Assembly: GCA_013151235.1 (NCBI GenBank)
Contig: JAADIO010000005.1
Location: 1-64,000 of the forward strand
Origin: Deltaproteobacteria bacterium
Lineage (GTDB): Bacteria; CG2-30-53-67
Direction of reading: 5' to 3'
DNA length: 64,000 nucleotides
The notes under the pieces are model-generated. The model saw nothing but the letters and a program-made list of their open reading frames with translations, did not search any database and was not told where the DNA came from. Of this stretch, positions 17,318-28,569 are shown one piece after another; the stretch's first letter is position 1; the number at the start of each line of letters is the position of its first letter. A program made the position numbers and the translations under genes.

Positions 17318-18799
17318 ATGAAGGACCTGCAAGATCTGAAAATCCTGATCCGCTCTCACTACCCGATCATCTGTATCGAAACAGTGGAAGAAGAACGGGC
17401 TGAAAATGTGGTCGCCCGGGTGGCCGAGGAACTCTATCTCCCCCTTTTCACCTGGAGTGCAACCCACGGTCTGAAACGGACGGGCGAGAAACAACCGGCC
17501 TACCAGACCCGGAATCCCATCGATGCCCTGAACTTCATCGAGGCTTCCAGCCTCGACGGGATCTATCTCTTCAAGGATCTCCATCACAATCTGACGGACC
17601 CCCTGATTACCCGCAAACTCCGGGATCTCTGCGAGGGATTCCGTACACGGGAACGCTCCATGATCCTTACGGCGCCTTCCTTCACCTTCCCGCCGGAACT
17701 CTCCCGTGAAATTGCACGGTACGATCTTGCCCTGCCGGGAAGAGAGGAACTCAAAAAACTGGTTCGGGAAGTCATCCGGAAGATCACCGCCCAGGAAAAA
17801 ATCACCGTCCACATCGAGGGGAAAGACGGCAGCACGCTGATCAACAACCTGACCGGACTGACACTTACAGAAGCCGAACGGGTCCTTTACCGTGTCATTC
17901 TGAGGGACGGAAAACTCGATGCCGAGGATCTACCGGCACTCCTCTCTGCAAAAAAAGAAAAGGTGGAACAGTCGGGTGTTCTGGAATTTTATCCCAAGGA
18001 ACCCTCTCTCAGTGACGTGGGGGGAATGAAAAACCTCAAACACTGGCTGGCCATCCGCAAGGGGGCCTTCGGCGAAAAGGCGACACAATTCGGCCTCACA
18101 CCGCCCAAAGGGATCCTTCTCCTCGGTGTTCAGGGGTGCGGAAAAAGCCTGATGGCCAAGGCGGTGGCCCGGGAGTGGCAGCTTCCCCTTCTAAAGCTCG
18201 ATGCGGCACGACTTTACAACAAATACATTGGGGAAACGGAGAAGAACCTGCAAAAGGCAATCCGGCTTGCCGAATCCATGGCGCCCACCGTACTCTGGAT
18301 TGATGAAATCGAAAAAGCCCTGTCCGGCTCCGGCACGAGTGACGGAGACGGCGGAGTCTCGACCCGGATCCTGGGAACGCTCCTTTCCTGGCTCCAGGAG
18401 AAAACAGCATCCGTTTTCGTTGTCGCCACTTCCAACGACATTACGAAGCTTCCGCCCGAACTCCTTCGCAAAGGCCGGCTCGATGAGATCTTCTTCGTCG
18501 ATCTGCCCAATACAGAGGAGCGGGAGGCCATTCTCCGTGTTCATTTAGAAAAGAAAGCCCGTGATCCTGCGGATTTTGATCTTCCGGCGCTGGTTGAGGC
18601 ATCGAAGGGGTTCAGCGGTGCGGAGATCGAGCAGGCGATTATTTCCGCGCTCTATGCCGCCTTTTCCGGCCGAGGGGTACTCACCACGCAGGAGATCCTG
18701 AAGGAAATAAAAAGCACCTATCCCCTCTCGGTCGTCATGAAAGAAAAGATTGAAGCTTTGCGGGAATGGGCACAGGGACGAACGGTCCCGGCAAATTAA
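17318..18799 (+). CDS. AAA+ ATPase, Ycf46-like
   Basis: Degenerate N-terminal AAA domain (FKDLH), Walker A GVQGCGKS, Walker B LWIDEIEK, LPPELLRKGRLDE, C-terminal LREWA. Confidence 0.88.
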   Translation: MKDLQDLKILIRSHYPIICIETVEEERAENVVARVAEELYLPLFTWSATHGLKRTGEKQPAYQTRNPIDALNFIEASSLDGIYLFKDLHHNLTDPLITRKLRDLCEGFRTRERSMILTAPSFTFPPELSREIARYDLALPGREELKKLVREVIRKITAQEKITVHIEGKDGSTLINNLTGLTLTEAERVLYRVILRDGKLDAEDLPALLSAKKEKVEQSGVLEFYPKEPSLSDVGGMKNLKHWLAIRKGAFGEKATQFGLTPPKGILLLGVQGCGKSLMAKAVAREWQLPLLKLDAARLYNKYIGETEKNLQKAIRLAESMAPTVLWIDEIEKALSGSGTSDGDGGVSTRILGTLLSWLQEKTASVFVVATSNDITKLPPELLRKGRLDEIFFVDLPNTEEREAILRVHLEKKARDPADFDLPALVEASKGFSGAEIEQAIISALYAAFSGRGVLTTQEILKEIKSTYPLSVVMKEKIEALREWAQGRTVPAN

Positions 18800-18868
18800 A
18801 GAATAGCTGTAACGACTCAGGCCGCCGTATTCACGGACAGGGTTACGAAGGAAGACCATCCGGACGGA

Positions 18869-20890
18869 TCAGGCGGTCGCCCGTTTCCGATCCAGCAGTT
18901 GAATCCCCTCGATGATATATTCACTCTCCGCTTTCCGCTTCTCGGCATTCTCAAAAAGCGTGGAGACCATTTCGGAAACCTGCTGCACCATATCGGAAAC
19001 CCGTTTAAATTCTTCGGACTGGCTGACCGTAGCCTGTGCGACTTCCTCCGTAATCTGACGAATGCTCTCGTTGGCCTCGGCCACCACCTTGCTGCCCCGG
19101 TTCTGCTCCTCAATACTCCGGGTCATCATCTGAATCATCTCGTTGACCCGATCCAACGCCTGCGAAACGTTTTCCGTACTTTTGACCTGCTCACGGGTGG
19201 CATGTTCAATCTGCCGGGTCATCCCGAGGGAGGTCACGGCACTCTCCAGGATCTTGTTCAGGGCGGCCCCGGACTTCCGGGAAAGCTTCACCCCGGTTTC
19301 CACCTGTTGAGGGATGGATTGAATCTTGGCGGTCGTTTCCCGGACCTCCTCCTGCAAGTCGAGGATCATCTCCTCAATCTCCCTGGATGAAGCCTTGGTC
19401 TTGTCGGAAAGGGCCCGAATCTCACTACTTACCACCCCGAACCCTTTTCCATGTTCCCCGGCCTGGTTGGAGATAATTGCAGCATTCAGCGCCAAGACAT
19501 TTGTCTTTTCGTTGATGCTGTTGATCACCTCCAGGACCTCACTGATTTTTTCCGTCTTCCGGCCGAATCGTTCCATGATATGGACCGATTCCAGGACAAT
19601 GTCCCGGATCTCACCGATACCGGAAATCGATTTCCGGACGAGGGAGACTCCTTCTTCCGCTTCCCCTTTCGCCTGTTCGGAAAGAACATTCGACTCCTTC
19701 GCATGAGACTCCACTTCCCGGATCGACATCCCCAGTTCCGTTGTGGAAGCAACGGTCTTCTCCGCTGCTTCCCGAAGGCCGCTCACTCCACCGGCCACCT
19801 CGTTTAAGGCACTGGACATTTCGTGAACGGAAGAAGCGGTTTCCGTCACGGCACCGGAGAGCCCCTCGGCATTGGCTGCGACTTGAAGCATATTGTTCCG
19901 GATCTCCTCGGCCCGGGCCGAAAGATCACCGACAATCTTTGCAAAGGCCTCTTTCTGGTTCAGGAGCCCCTCAAAATTCCGTTCCAGTTCCTGATCCAAC
20001 CGGTTGATCCCGTCAAAGAGAGAGATGTTTGTCAGGGCCGTCGATCCCTGATCCGCCAGAATCTGCAGCGGAGAAAGTTTTTCATCCCGGATCGGTCTCC
20101 GACCGACCTTGTTGTCCACGGCAATCAACCCGATCGGCTTCCCCCGTTCCCGGAGTGGGATACAGACAAAAGAACGGGAGCGAAGTTCCGGGATCCGGTC
20201 ATAGGGAGGTTGAAGACGCCAGTCTTTCGACATGACCGTGATATCCTCCACACGGATGGTTTCATTCTTCACAATTGTTCCGGCCAGAGCTCCTCCGACT
20301 TTGTCCAACGGAATCTTCAGGGTACGCCATCCCTCCCCCTTCTGTCCCCGTGTCGCACGGCAGAGAAGGTTTTTCCGTTCGTCATCCAGAAGGAAGAGGT
20401 TGATCCGGTCAAATTCCAGGACGGAATGGGCCCCTTCGGAGATCAGTTCCAGAACCTGATCCCTGTCTCGGGACTGCTGAATATCGGCGCCGATCTGATA
20501 GAGATTGGTCATGGCGGCACTGAGATGATGGAAACGGCTCTCAAACTTTTCTTTCTGCTCCTCGATCCGGTCGTGGGCCCTTTTCAATTGCTCCGCCTTC
20601 GCCTCGTCCCGGTCAAAGGCCGCGCCAACCAGATACCCCGTCACCCCCATCACCATGGAGGTCCCGAGGGTCATATAGACAAAAAGTGCAATCTGATGGA
20701 CGGAACCGGAAAGCTCCGAAACAAAATACGGGATCAGGGCAAGATGAGGGGGACGGAAGAAAAAAGCGGAAATGATCAGCCATCCCAGCGGAGCACCAAA
20801 CCCCATCAGAACTCCATTAATCGGATAGGAGACCCTTTTCAGAGGAGACCAGATGGAAAAGAGGTCGTAGATATCCTTTTTTTCTTTCAT
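18869..20890 (-). CDS. Methyl-accepting chemotaxis protein with GAF domain
   Basis: Two N-terminal TM helices, GAF (FVCIPL...IGLIAVDN), signalling hairpin TNVLALNAAI...GKGFGVV. Confidence 0.88.
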   Translation of the reverse strand: MKEKKDIYDLFSIWSPLKRVSYPINGVLMGFGAPLGWLIISAFFFRPPHLALIPYFVSELSGSVHQIALFVYMTLGTSMVMGVTGYLVGAAFDRDEAKAEQLKRAHDRIEEQKEKFESRFHHLSAAMTNLYQIGADIQQSRDRDQVLELISEGAHSVLEFDRINLFLLDDERKNLLCRATRGQKGEGWRTLKIPLDKVGGALAGTIVKNETIRVEDITVMSKDWRLQPPYDRIPELRSRSFVCIPLRERGKPIGLIAVDNKVGRRPIRDEKLSPLQILADQGSTALTNISLFDGINRLDQELERNFEGLLNQKEAFAKIVGDLSARAEEIRNNMLQVAANAEGLSGAVTETASSVHEMSSALNEVAGGVSGLREAAEKTVASTTELGMSIREVESHAKESNVLSEQAKGEAEEGVSLVRKSISGIGEIRDIVLESVHIMERFGRKTEKISEVLEVINSINEKTNVLALNAAIISNQAGEHGKGFGVVSSEIRALSDKTKASSREIEEMILDLQEEVRETTAKIQSIPQQVETGVKLSRKSGAALNKILESAVTSLGMTRQIEHATREQVKSTENVSQALDRVNEMIQMMTRSIEEQNRGSKVVAEANESIRQITEEVAQATVSQSEEFKRVSDMVQQVSEMVSTLFENAEKRKAESEYIIEGIQLLDRKRATA

Positions 20891-21028
20891 AAAAGAATCC
20901 CTCTCATGAACAAGAAACTGCATGCAGTAAAATCATTGCCGGAAATGTTCTCTGTAATTATTATAGTGCAGGTTCCCGGATTGGGAAACATTTTTTTCGC
21001 AATTCCGGAAAAGCGGCGGAAAGCGGAA

Positions 21029-21331
21029 TCACACCTGACCAGGGGCCAGCAGAATCCCGTGAAAGGTCTTCTTCGTTTGATGGATTTTCCGGAGACGTTC
21101 CCGGTAATGAGGTTTCAGATCATAACGGATCTTTGCCAGGACATCCACCTCGTTCGTTGTATAGGCTACCCCCTCCACCTTCGAGGCCAGCGTGGGATCG
21201 GAGATTAAAAAAATCTCCGTCTCCAAGAGGTCACTGTAAATTTTCACGGCAAGACGGGAGCAGCTAAACTGTTCCGTCGTCATCGACAGAAGTTTCTGCA
21301 GCTGGTCGGGATCGGGCTCATAAGTTTTCAT
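21029..21331 (-). CDS. Hypothetical protein, 100 aa
   Basis: ATG overlaps the lptE end; plausible composition; no confidently recognised family. Confidence 0.65.
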   Translation of the reverse strand: MKTYEPDPDQLQKLLSMTTEQFSCSRLAVKIYSDLLETEIFLISDPTLASKVEGVAYTTNEVDVLAKIRYDLKPHYRERLRKIHQTKKTFHGILLAPGQV

Positions 21332-21857
21332 TGCTCAGTCCTTCATTCACCTGATCCAGCAGATGACGGACCACATCTTCGGCAAAGTCGACGGCCCCGG
21401 ACTTGAGTGCCTTGGCCTCCGCCTGTTCGTTCTGCTCCAGGATGCTTGAGGCAAAGTATTCCTCACGAAGTTGAGCGGAAGGATGCCGGAAGAGAATTTT
21501 CCCCTCCCGGTTTTTCAGCGTGAGTTGAACGATCACGGAAAGGCGGTATTCACTGACGGTACTGGCAGCCGTTCGGGAAACGGACCCGTTGGAATATCCG
21601 ACGATCCGTCCCTCCAGGATCTTGTCCGCACGGGGTTTTTCGACGACCAACACTCCGGCCCGGTTGAATTCGCGGATCACGGCACGGGTGATCACGGTCT
21701 GAATGTTCGGTTCGGAAGATTCATTCACGAAGATCGGAACGGCCACCGTACCGAATGCCGTGGGGGAAAGCGGACCGGCACCGGGATGATAGCCACAATT
21801 TGAAAAAACCGTAACGCACAACAATATCAAAGCAATTCGCATCGAATGTAAAGACAT
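21318..21857 (-). CDS. lptE: LPS assembly lipoprotein LptE
   Basis: Lipobox-like FSNCGYH, VAVPIFVNES, position directly after leuS. Confidence 0.8.
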   Translation of the reverse strand: MSLHSMRIALILLCVTVFSNCGYHPGAGPLSPTAFGTVAVPIFVNESSEPNIQTVITRAVIREFNRAGVLVVEKPRADKILEGRIVGYSNGSVSRTAASTVSEYRLSVIVQLTLKNREGKILFRHPSAQLREEYFASSILEQNEQAEAKALKSGAVDFAEDVVRHLLDQVNEGLSNENL

Positions 21858-21890
21858 GGCTATCTCACAGACACGGAAGGAATGGTTTTT

Positions 21891-24371
21891 TCAGATGACA
21901 ATATTCACCAGCTTCCCCGGCACCACGATCACCTTCCGGATCTCCTTCCCCCCCGTCAATTCACGAATTCTGGGATCGCTCAGAGCGGCCTCTTGCAGGA
22001 CCTCCCGGGGAGAATCGGCCGGAACCCGGATCCGGCTTCTCAGCTTCCCCCGGATCTGAACAACCACGGTGATCTCCTCTTCTTTTGCAATCGTCTCATC
22101 GAAGTCCGGCCAACGGGCAACTCCAATCCCCCCGGCGTGCCCTAAGACCTCCCACATCTCTTCGGCGATATGGGGCGCAAAAGGAGAGAGAAGCAGCGTC
22201 AGAGACTCCAGCGATTCCCGCAAAACGGGGAGCATCGTATCCTCGATCTTTTCTTCCCGCAGGGGGTTCAAGAAATTCACAAATTCCATGATCGAGGCAA
22301 TCGCCGTATTAAAATGGAAGCGACCGTCCAGATCATGAGTCACCTTCCGAATCGTCTGATGGGTTTTGCGCCGAAGGATCGTCCAGGATTCCGGGAGAGA
22401 ATCCGGAATTGCACACTCCCGGCCGAGGTTGGAAAGTCGATCGGCAAAGTGTCCCACCAGCCGCCAGACGCGATGCAGAAAACGGTTGGCCCCTTCCACT
22501 CCCTGGTCGCTCCATTCGAGGTCTTTCTCCGGCGGTGCGGCAAAAAGGATAAAGAGCCGGGCCGTGTCGGCGCCGTACTTTCCAATCAGGAAGTCCGGAT
22601 CGACCACGTTCCCCTTCGACTTGCTCATCTTGGCGCCGTCCTTGATCACCATCCCCTGCGTCAGCAGGTTGATAAAAGGCTCATCCGCGGAGACGAGCCC
22701 GAGATCCCGCAACACTTTGACGAAGAAGCGGGAATAGAGGAGGTGCATCACGGCATGCTCGATCCCCCCGATGTACTGATCCACCGGCATCCAGTAACCG
22801 GCTTCCTCTTTATCGAAAGGAGCCCCCTCCCGCCGGCGTGAGGCATAACGGAGAAAATACCAGGAGGATTCCACAAAGGTATCCAGGGTATCGGTCTCCC
22901 GCCGGGCCGGTTGTCCGCATCGCGGGCAGGAGGCCCGGACGAAGCGATCATGGGAAACAAGAGGGGATCCCCCTTCCCCCGTCAATTTCACATCCTCGGG
23001 GAGGAGAACGGGAAGTTCCGCATCCGGAACCGGGACCTCGCCGCAGGCGTCACAATAGAGGATGGGAATCGGTGCTCCCCAGTAGCGCTGCCGTGAGATT
23101 CCCCAGTCCCGGAGACGGTAGTTGACCGTTCGGTCTCCGATCCCGAGCCGTTTCACTTCTTCGGCAATCCGCTCCTTCGCCTCTTCACTGGGAAGACCGG
23201 AAAATTTGCCGGAATCAACCAGCACCCCGGGCGCCGTATAGGCCTCGGTCATTTCTTCCACCGTCAGCGTCGTATCGGGAGGCTGAATGACCACCTTCAT
23301 GGAGATCTGATATTGCCGGGCAAACTCGAAGTCCCGCTGATCATGGGTCGGAACGGCCATAACCACGCCCGTGCCGTAATCCATGAGAACGAAATTCGCC
23401 AGGTAGATCGGGATCTTCTCACCCGTCATCGGGTGGATCGCGTAGGAGCCGGTAAAGACCCCTTCTTTCTCCAGGTCCTCCGAAGTCCTTTCCATACGGT
23501 CGACCTTTTTCATCCGCTCCACAAAGTCCTCAACGACCGCCTTCTGTTCCGGCATCACCAGGGAGGAAACCCTGGGGTGTTCCGGGGCCATACTCATGAA
23601 GGTCACACCAAAGAGGGTGTCGGGACGGGTCGTGAAAATACGGAGAGGTTCATCGGATCCCTCCACGCCGAATTCCACCTCTACGCCGTAGCTCTTGCCA
23701 ATCCAGTTCTTCTGCATCGTAAGGACCCGTTCCGGCCATCCCGGCAGATTGTCGCACCCTTCAAGCAATTCATCGGCATAGTCGGTGATCCGGAAAAACC
23801 ATTGAGGGAGTTTCTTCTGCACAACCTCTGAATCACAACGCCAGCAGCAATCATTCTCTACCTGTTCGTTGGCCAGCACGGTTTGACAGGATTCACACCA
23901 ATTGACGGAAGACTCCTTTCTGTAGACCAGTCCCTTTTCCCTCATCTTCAGAAAGAACCATTGTTCCCACCGGTAATAGTCGGGATCACAGGTGGCCACC
24001 TCCCGGCCCCAGTCATAGGAAAGACCGATCCGTTTCAGTTCGTTGCGCATATAGTCGATATTTTCATAGGTCCAACGGGCGGGATGAACCCCATGCTTGA
24101 TCGCCGCATTCTCCGCCGGCATGCCGAAGGCATCCCACCCCATGGGATGCAGGACGTTGTATCCCCGGAGCCTCCGGAAACGGGCAATAACATCCCCGAT
24201 GGAATAGTTCCGGACATGTCCCATATGAACCCTGCCGGAAGGGTAAGGAAACATCTCCAGGACATAACATTTCTCTTTTTCCGGGTCGGGATCAGCCCGG
24301 AAGCACCCTTCTTTCTCCCAGGTCCTCTGCCATTTTTTTTCCACTTCCGACGGTTGATAATCGAGTTTCAC
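21891..24371 (-). CDS. leuS: Leucine--tRNA ligase
   Basis: MFPYPSG..HMGH, KMSKS, GGIEHA, editing-domain FTTRPDT. Confidence 0.98.
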   Translation of the reverse strand: MKLDYQPSEVEKKWQRTWEKEGCFRADPDPEKEKCYVLEMFPYPSGRVHMGHVRNYSIGDVIARFRRLRGYNVLHPMGWDAFGMPAENAAIKHGVHPARWTYENIDYMRNELKRIGLSYDWGREVATCDPDYYRWEQWFFLKMREKGLVYRKESSVNWCESCQTVLANEQVENDCCWRCDSEVVQKKLPQWFFRITDYADELLEGCDNLPGWPERVLTMQKNWIGKSYGVEVEFGVEGSDEPLRIFTTRPDTLFGVTFMSMAPEHPRVSSLVMPEQKAVVEDFVERMKKVDRMERTSEDLEKEGVFTGSYAIHPMTGEKIPIYLANFVLMDYGTGVVMAVPTHDQRDFEFARQYQISMKVVIQPPDTTLTVEEMTEAYTAPGVLVDSGKFSGLPSEEAKERIAEEVKRLGIGDRTVNYRLRDWGISRQRYWGAPIPILYCDACGEVPVPDAELPVLLPEDVKLTGEGGSPLVSHDRFVRASCPRCGQPARRETDTLDTFVESSWYFLRYASRRREGAPFDKEEAGYWMPVDQYIGGIEHAVMHLLYSRFFVKVLRDLGLVSADEPFINLLTQGMVIKDGAKMSKSKGNVVDPDFLIGKYGADTARLFILFAAPPEKDLEWSDQGVEGANRFLHRVWRLVGHFADRLSNLGRECAIPDSLPESWTILRRKTHQTIRKVTHDLDGRFHFNTAIASIMEFVNFLNPLREEKIEDTMLPVLRESLESLTLLLSPFAPHIAEEMWEVLGHAGGIGVARWPDFDETIAKEEEITVVVQIRGKLRSRIRVPADSPREVLQEAALSDPRIRELTGGKEIRKVIVVPGKLVNIVI

Positions 24372-24570
24372 CGTAACTCCTCGTTTCCCGCGTATTGATT
24401 TACAGATAATCCCGTTGCAAGCCTTTGTAAAGATTTCTTAACATAGCCTCCTGACTTTTTCAAGGGAAAAGCCCTTCCCCTGCGTGCAGGGGATGTGCTA
24501 TGCTGAAAAGATAAAGGTTATCATAAGGTCTTACTCTCCAACAAAGAAATTTCCCCGCTGAGGTGTTGCA

Positions 24571-25605
24571 ATGAAAGCCATGATCCTGGCTGCCGGGATG
24601 GGAGAACGTCTCCGACCGCTGACGAATGAGATCCCGAAACCGTTGGTCCCCGTCCTGAACCGTCCCCTCATTGAGTACAACCTTTCCCTATTGCAACGGC
24701 ACGGCATCCGGGAGGTCGCCGTCAACCTCCACTATTTAGGGAAAATGATCCGTGACCACCTCGGGGACGGAAGCCGCTTCGGGTTAAAGATCCATTATTC
24801 CGAGGAACCGGATCTTCTCGGGACCGGAGGAGCCATCAAGAAGCTTCGTTCTTTTTTCGGGACCAAGCCATTCTTGGTAATCAACGCGGATATCCTCATC
24901 GACATCGACCTGAAGGACCTGGTCCTCTTTCATCGCTCACGGAAAGCCTTCGCCACGATGATCCTCCGACCCAATCCGGATGCCGTCCGGTATGGAACCA
25001 TCGAAACCGACAACACCGGCCGAATCCGGGAATTCTTGGGCAAGGTAAGGACTTCCGAGACCGGCCTGACTCCCTGGATGTTCACGGGGGTCCATCTCTT
25101 TCATCCTTCTGTTTTAGACACGATGCCGGAGAAAGAACGTTTTTGTATCAATCGGGATGTCTACGCCCACTGGATCCGAAGCAACAAAGCCTGTTACGGA
25201 TACGTCTACAAGGGATACTGGGAGGACCTGGGCACGATGGAAGACTACCTCCGGGCCAACCTGGCGATGGTACGACGTACAGGAGTATCGGAGATTGTCC
25301 GGTCGGAGGTACAGGCCGAGGAAGGAGTGATCCTGAATCCTCCCTGCCTGATCGGCGCGGGAACCATGATCGGGAAAGACGCCGTCGTCGGTCCGGATGT
25401 GGTCATCGGAAAGGATTGCCGGATCGGAGAAGGAGCGAAGATCACGGAATCGATCCTCTGGGATGGAGCGGCTCTCCCGGCCGGGGCAAAGATACACCAC
25501 AAGATCATTACACGTTTTCAGCAGGTTACCCTGCAAACCGATGAAGAAGCCAGCCCCCCGGATGATCCGGCGGTCAAAGCCCCCGCCATACACAAATCTC
25601 CATAA
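24571..25605 (+). CDS. NDP-sugar synthase / mannose-1-phosphate guanylyltransferase family
   Basis: MKAMILAAGMGERLRPLT..PKPL, LGTGG, C-terminal hexapeptide repeats. Confidence 0.88.
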   Translation: MKAMILAAGMGERLRPLTNEIPKPLVPVLNRPLIEYNLSLLQRHGIREVAVNLHYLGKMIRDHLGDGSRFGLKIHYSEEPDLLGTGGAIKKLRSFFGTKPFLVINADILIDIDLKDLVLFHRSRKAFATMILRPNPDAVRYGTIETDNTGRIREFLGKVRTSETGLTPWMFTGVHLFHPSVLDTMPEKERFCINRDVYAHWIRSNKACYGYVYKGYWEDLGTMEDYLRANLAMVRRTGVSEIVRSEVQAEEGVILNPPCLIGAGTMIGKDAVVGPDVVIGKDCRIGEGAKITESILWDGAALPAGAKIHHKIITRFQQVTLQTDEEASPPDDPAVKAPAIHKSP

Positions 25606-25614
25606 CGGAAGGCC

Positions 25615-26385
25615 CTATCCCTCCGGCTCAGGTGCATCATTTCCGAAAAGCCTTTCCCGGAGCCAGCGAAGACCGAACTGCAGGAGAGCGACATCATCTT
25701 CCCGCATCTTTTCCACCTCTTCCGGATCGACTTTGAATTTCTCCAGGAAAGAGCTGTCAAAGACAAAACGCCGGAAGCTGTCAATATCGTAACTGACCAT
25801 ATAGAAGAGTTGCAAAGAACGGTCCGTCGCCTGGGCGAGACCCAACGCTTTTTTGCGGAGAAGGATCTCCATCCACTCCCGGTTCATCCGGTCATAGAGC
25901 TCCGCCTCCTGATCTTCCCGCCAACTATTGACGGTCCATTTCGTATCTTCTTCAAATCCCCGGCAATGATCCTCCCGGATAAAAAAGTAAAAGTCTTCCT
26001 GATCCTTCACGGGGGCCCGTTTCATGGCGGCAAAACCGATGGGATAATAACGGCAGGTCGCGGGACGGTCGGTGTAAAGGGTGCAGCCGTCCGGAGAGAC
26101 GAAGGGACAGCTATGGATCTCATCTTCGTTCATCTTCAGAATCACAACCGGCAGGTCGGTCTTCTCCAGCTCCTGGGGAAAGGTGTAACGTTCCAGGAAC
26201 GCCTCCGAAGAAATTCCAAGCCGGTTCTTCATCCGGACGATGTCGTAGGGAGTGAGATAGATCCGGATCTCGCTACAGCATTTATTGAAGCAGGAGATCC
26301 CTTTGTGACAAAGGAATTGAAATGAGCTTTCACCGCTCAGTTTCAGGGGCTGAATGACTTTGTCTGAGGGAACCTTGTTTTTCAT
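25615..26385 (-). CDS. YkgJ family cysteine-cluster protein
   Basis: FLCHKGISCFNKCC, LTPYDI, CPF...CTLYTDRPATCRYYP; start ATG 26385 with AAGGAA upstream. Confidence 0.85.
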   Translation of the reverse strand: MKNKVPSDKVIQPLKLSGESSFQFLCHKGISCFNKCCSEIRIYLTPYDIVRMKNRLGISSEAFLERYTFPQELEKTDLPVVILKMNEDEIHSCPFVSPDGCTLYTDRPATCRYYPIGFAAMKRAPVKDQEDFYFFIREDHCRGFEEDTKWTVNSWREDQEAELYDRMNREWMEILLRKKALGLAQATDRSLQLFYMVSYDIDSFRRFVFDSSFLEKFKVDPEEVEKMREDDVALLQFGLRWLRERLFGNDAPEPEG

Positions 26386-26479
26386 AGAATCTTCCTTTTT
26401 GAATGGATGAAGCCGTGTTCCGGACAACTCCCGGGAATCCCGGAAAAGCGGACAATCCCAGGGAAACAGGCAAAAAGAA

Positions 26480-26773
26480 CTATTTTCCCACAGGCGGGAG
26501 AAAATCAGGGTTGATCTTATAAACCTTCCGAAAAGATTCCCGAGCCGCGGGGTAATCTCCCATCTCCTGCTCAAAATAGCCGAGATAATAGTAGAGGGCG
26601 GCATTGTCCGGTTCCTGCGGCGCCATCGACTTCAAAGCGGCCACGGCGCCGGCCCGGTCACCGCGGTAATACTGCCGGAGGACCTGCTGAAGACCGGACG
26701 CGTCGGCATGGAGGCTTACCTGTATCGCCGGCAGAATCAAGAGTATAGCCAGGCACAGAAGTATTTTTTTCAT
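26480..26773 (-). CDS. Small exported TPR protein
   Basis: Signal peptide; TPR-like segment YYYLG...A...F.KV..INP. Confidence 0.75.
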   Translation of the reverse strand: MKKILLCLAILLILPAIQVSLHADASGLQQVLRQYYRGDRAGAVAALKSMAPQEPDNAALYYYLGYFEQEMGDYPAARESFRKVYKINPDFLPPVGK

Positions 26774-26806
26774 CGTAACACCTCCCGGAAGTTCAAATCT
26801 CTTCGT

Positions 26807-27376
26807 TTATTTTCCTTCCAGCCCTTCTTTCTGCTTACGGAGAAGAGCGGCGATCCCTTCCTCTTTCCAGTGCTTCTCCAGACGGTCTTTCGTCTTGAAA
26901 AATTGTTTTTTCAACTCCCCGGGTGAAACCTCCGCAATCACCCCAACGGTAGAGAGAATATACGGAGTCAGCCTCGATTCCTGCAACACCCGGCTGCCCG
27001 GCATGAAACTCCCCATCAGAATAATGATCACGGAAACCAGGAGACTCCCCTTGAGAAAACCGAAGAGACCGCCGATCAGATGATTCATCCATCCGAGCAT
27101 CGCCTTCCTGGTCCACCGCTCCACATAGGTTCCCATGAGCCGTATGACGATCGAGGACCCGAGGAAGACGGCAACATACCCGAGGATCCTGGCCGCCGAA
27201 TCATGATGAATATAGCGCATCAGGAACTCCGCAAGGTAGCCGTAGGTCTGGTTGGCGATCACGAAACCGAGGATCAGGGAACCGAGTGAAAAGACCTCCT
27301 TCACGACCCCCCGGAAGAGACTCATAACGAAGGTCGCCCCGACAATGACGATAATGATTGTATCAAGGAGATTCAT
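26807..27376 (-). CDS. cvpA: CvpA family membrane protein
   Basis: MNLLD...RGVVKEVFSL, GGLFGFLKG, four TM helices. Confidence 0.88.
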   Translation of the reverse strand: MNLLDTIIIVIVGATFVMSLFRGVVKEVFSLGSLILGFVIANQTYGYLAEFLMRYIHHDSAARILGYVAVFLGSSIVIRLMGTYVERWTRKAMLGWMNHLIGGLFGFLKGSLLVSVIIILMGSFMPGSRVLQESRLTPYILSTVGVIAEVSPGELKKQFFKTKDRLEKHWKEEGIAALLRKQKEGLEGK

Positions 27377-28560
27377 GACAGGGTTGTTCCTTCCCGAACA
27401 TGCCGGAACTCCCGGACCATCTTCTCACGGACTTCCGGATCCCGCAGAATCATAAGCCCGGTGAGCGCCAGGGCACAGGCCGCCTTTTTCATGACCGTCT
27501 CGGCCGCTTCACTCCTCGCCGCTTCCGCAAAACCTGCGGTATGAGGCATCGACTCAAAATCACAGATCAAAAGTTCCGGATGAATGGCCGGCACCCTGCG
27601 GCTGAGATTGCCGATATCCGAAGAACCGATATAACGCAGTTCATCCTGATCGTCAATGGGGATCCCGAACGCTTCTATCTTCTCCTGAAAGACCGCAGCC
27701 ATCGTCCGGTTCGGCATCATTCCCTCGTAAACGGGCCCCGTGTTTTCAATCTCGAACGTACAGCCTGTCGCCCGCGCCGCCCCTTCGATACACCCCTTCA
27801 CACATTCTACAAGCTTTTCCATGACCGGCCTTTCCAGTGCCCGAACGGCAATCCGTGCCTCGGTAAAAGCGGGGATGATATTCGGGGCGTCCCCTCCCCG
27901 GGTAATGATGCCGTGAATCCGGCCGTCATCGGGAACCTGCTGCCGAAGCGCATTGATCCCGGAAAAAGCAAGGATCATCGCATCAAGGGCATTGATGCCG
28001 AGTTCCGGAGCAGCCGCTGCATGACTGCTCTTCCCGTAAAAGGCGATGCGGAGCTCCGTCATGGCCAGGGTCCGTTTTACCACAGCATTTCGCACCGACG
28101 GATGGAACATAAGCGCCGCATCGATCCCGTCGAAACACCCCTTCTCTATCAGGCGGATCTTCCCGCCGTGCATTTCCTCGGCCGGGGTTCCTACCACCTG
28201 GACAGCACCGGCACACGCAGGGAAAACCGATACCAGTGCGGCACCGGCCCCGACACCGGCCGCAGCAATCAGGTTATGACCGCAGGCATGCCCGAGGTTC
28301 GGCAGGGCATCGTACTCGGCAAGGAAGGCGATCGTCGGACCCGGATCGGAACTTCGGGAGGCCCGGAAGGCCGTTGAGACCCCGCCGATGCCCGGCTCCA
28401 CCTCAAACCCCTGTTGCTGCAGGAAGTCCGTGAGAAGTGCTGCGGCTTCCCATTCTTCATAACCTAATTCCGGCCGGTCGTGGATCGTACGGCTGATCCG
28501 AACCAGTTCCGGAAAAAGCGACTCAACCGTCTCAACAACTTTCTTCTCGAGAGAATCCAT
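27373..28560 (-). CDS. M20 family metallopeptidase/amidohydrolase
   Basis: PELGYEE, AEYDALP, HACGHNLIA, GTPAEE, GSSDIGN. Confidence 0.92.
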   Translation of the reverse strand: MDSLEKKVVETVESLFPELVRISRTIHDRPELGYEEWEAAALLTDFLQQQGFEVEPGIGGVSTAFRASRSSDPGPTIAFLAEYDALPNLGHACGHNLIAAAGVGAGAALVSVFPACAGAVQVVGTPAEEMHGGKIRLIEKGCFDGIDAALMFHPSVRNAVVKRTLAMTELRIAFYGKSSHAAAAPELGINALDAMILAFSGINALRQQVPDDGRIHGIITRGGDAPNIIPAFTEARIAVRALERPVMEKLVECVKGCIEGAARATGCTFEIENTGPVYEGMMPNRTMAAVFQEKIEAFGIPIDDQDELRYIGSSDIGNLSRRVPAIHPELLICDFESMPHTAGFAEAARSEAAETVMKKAACALALTGLMILRDPEVREKMVREFRHVREGTTLS

Positions 28561-28569
28561 CCCGCGACC

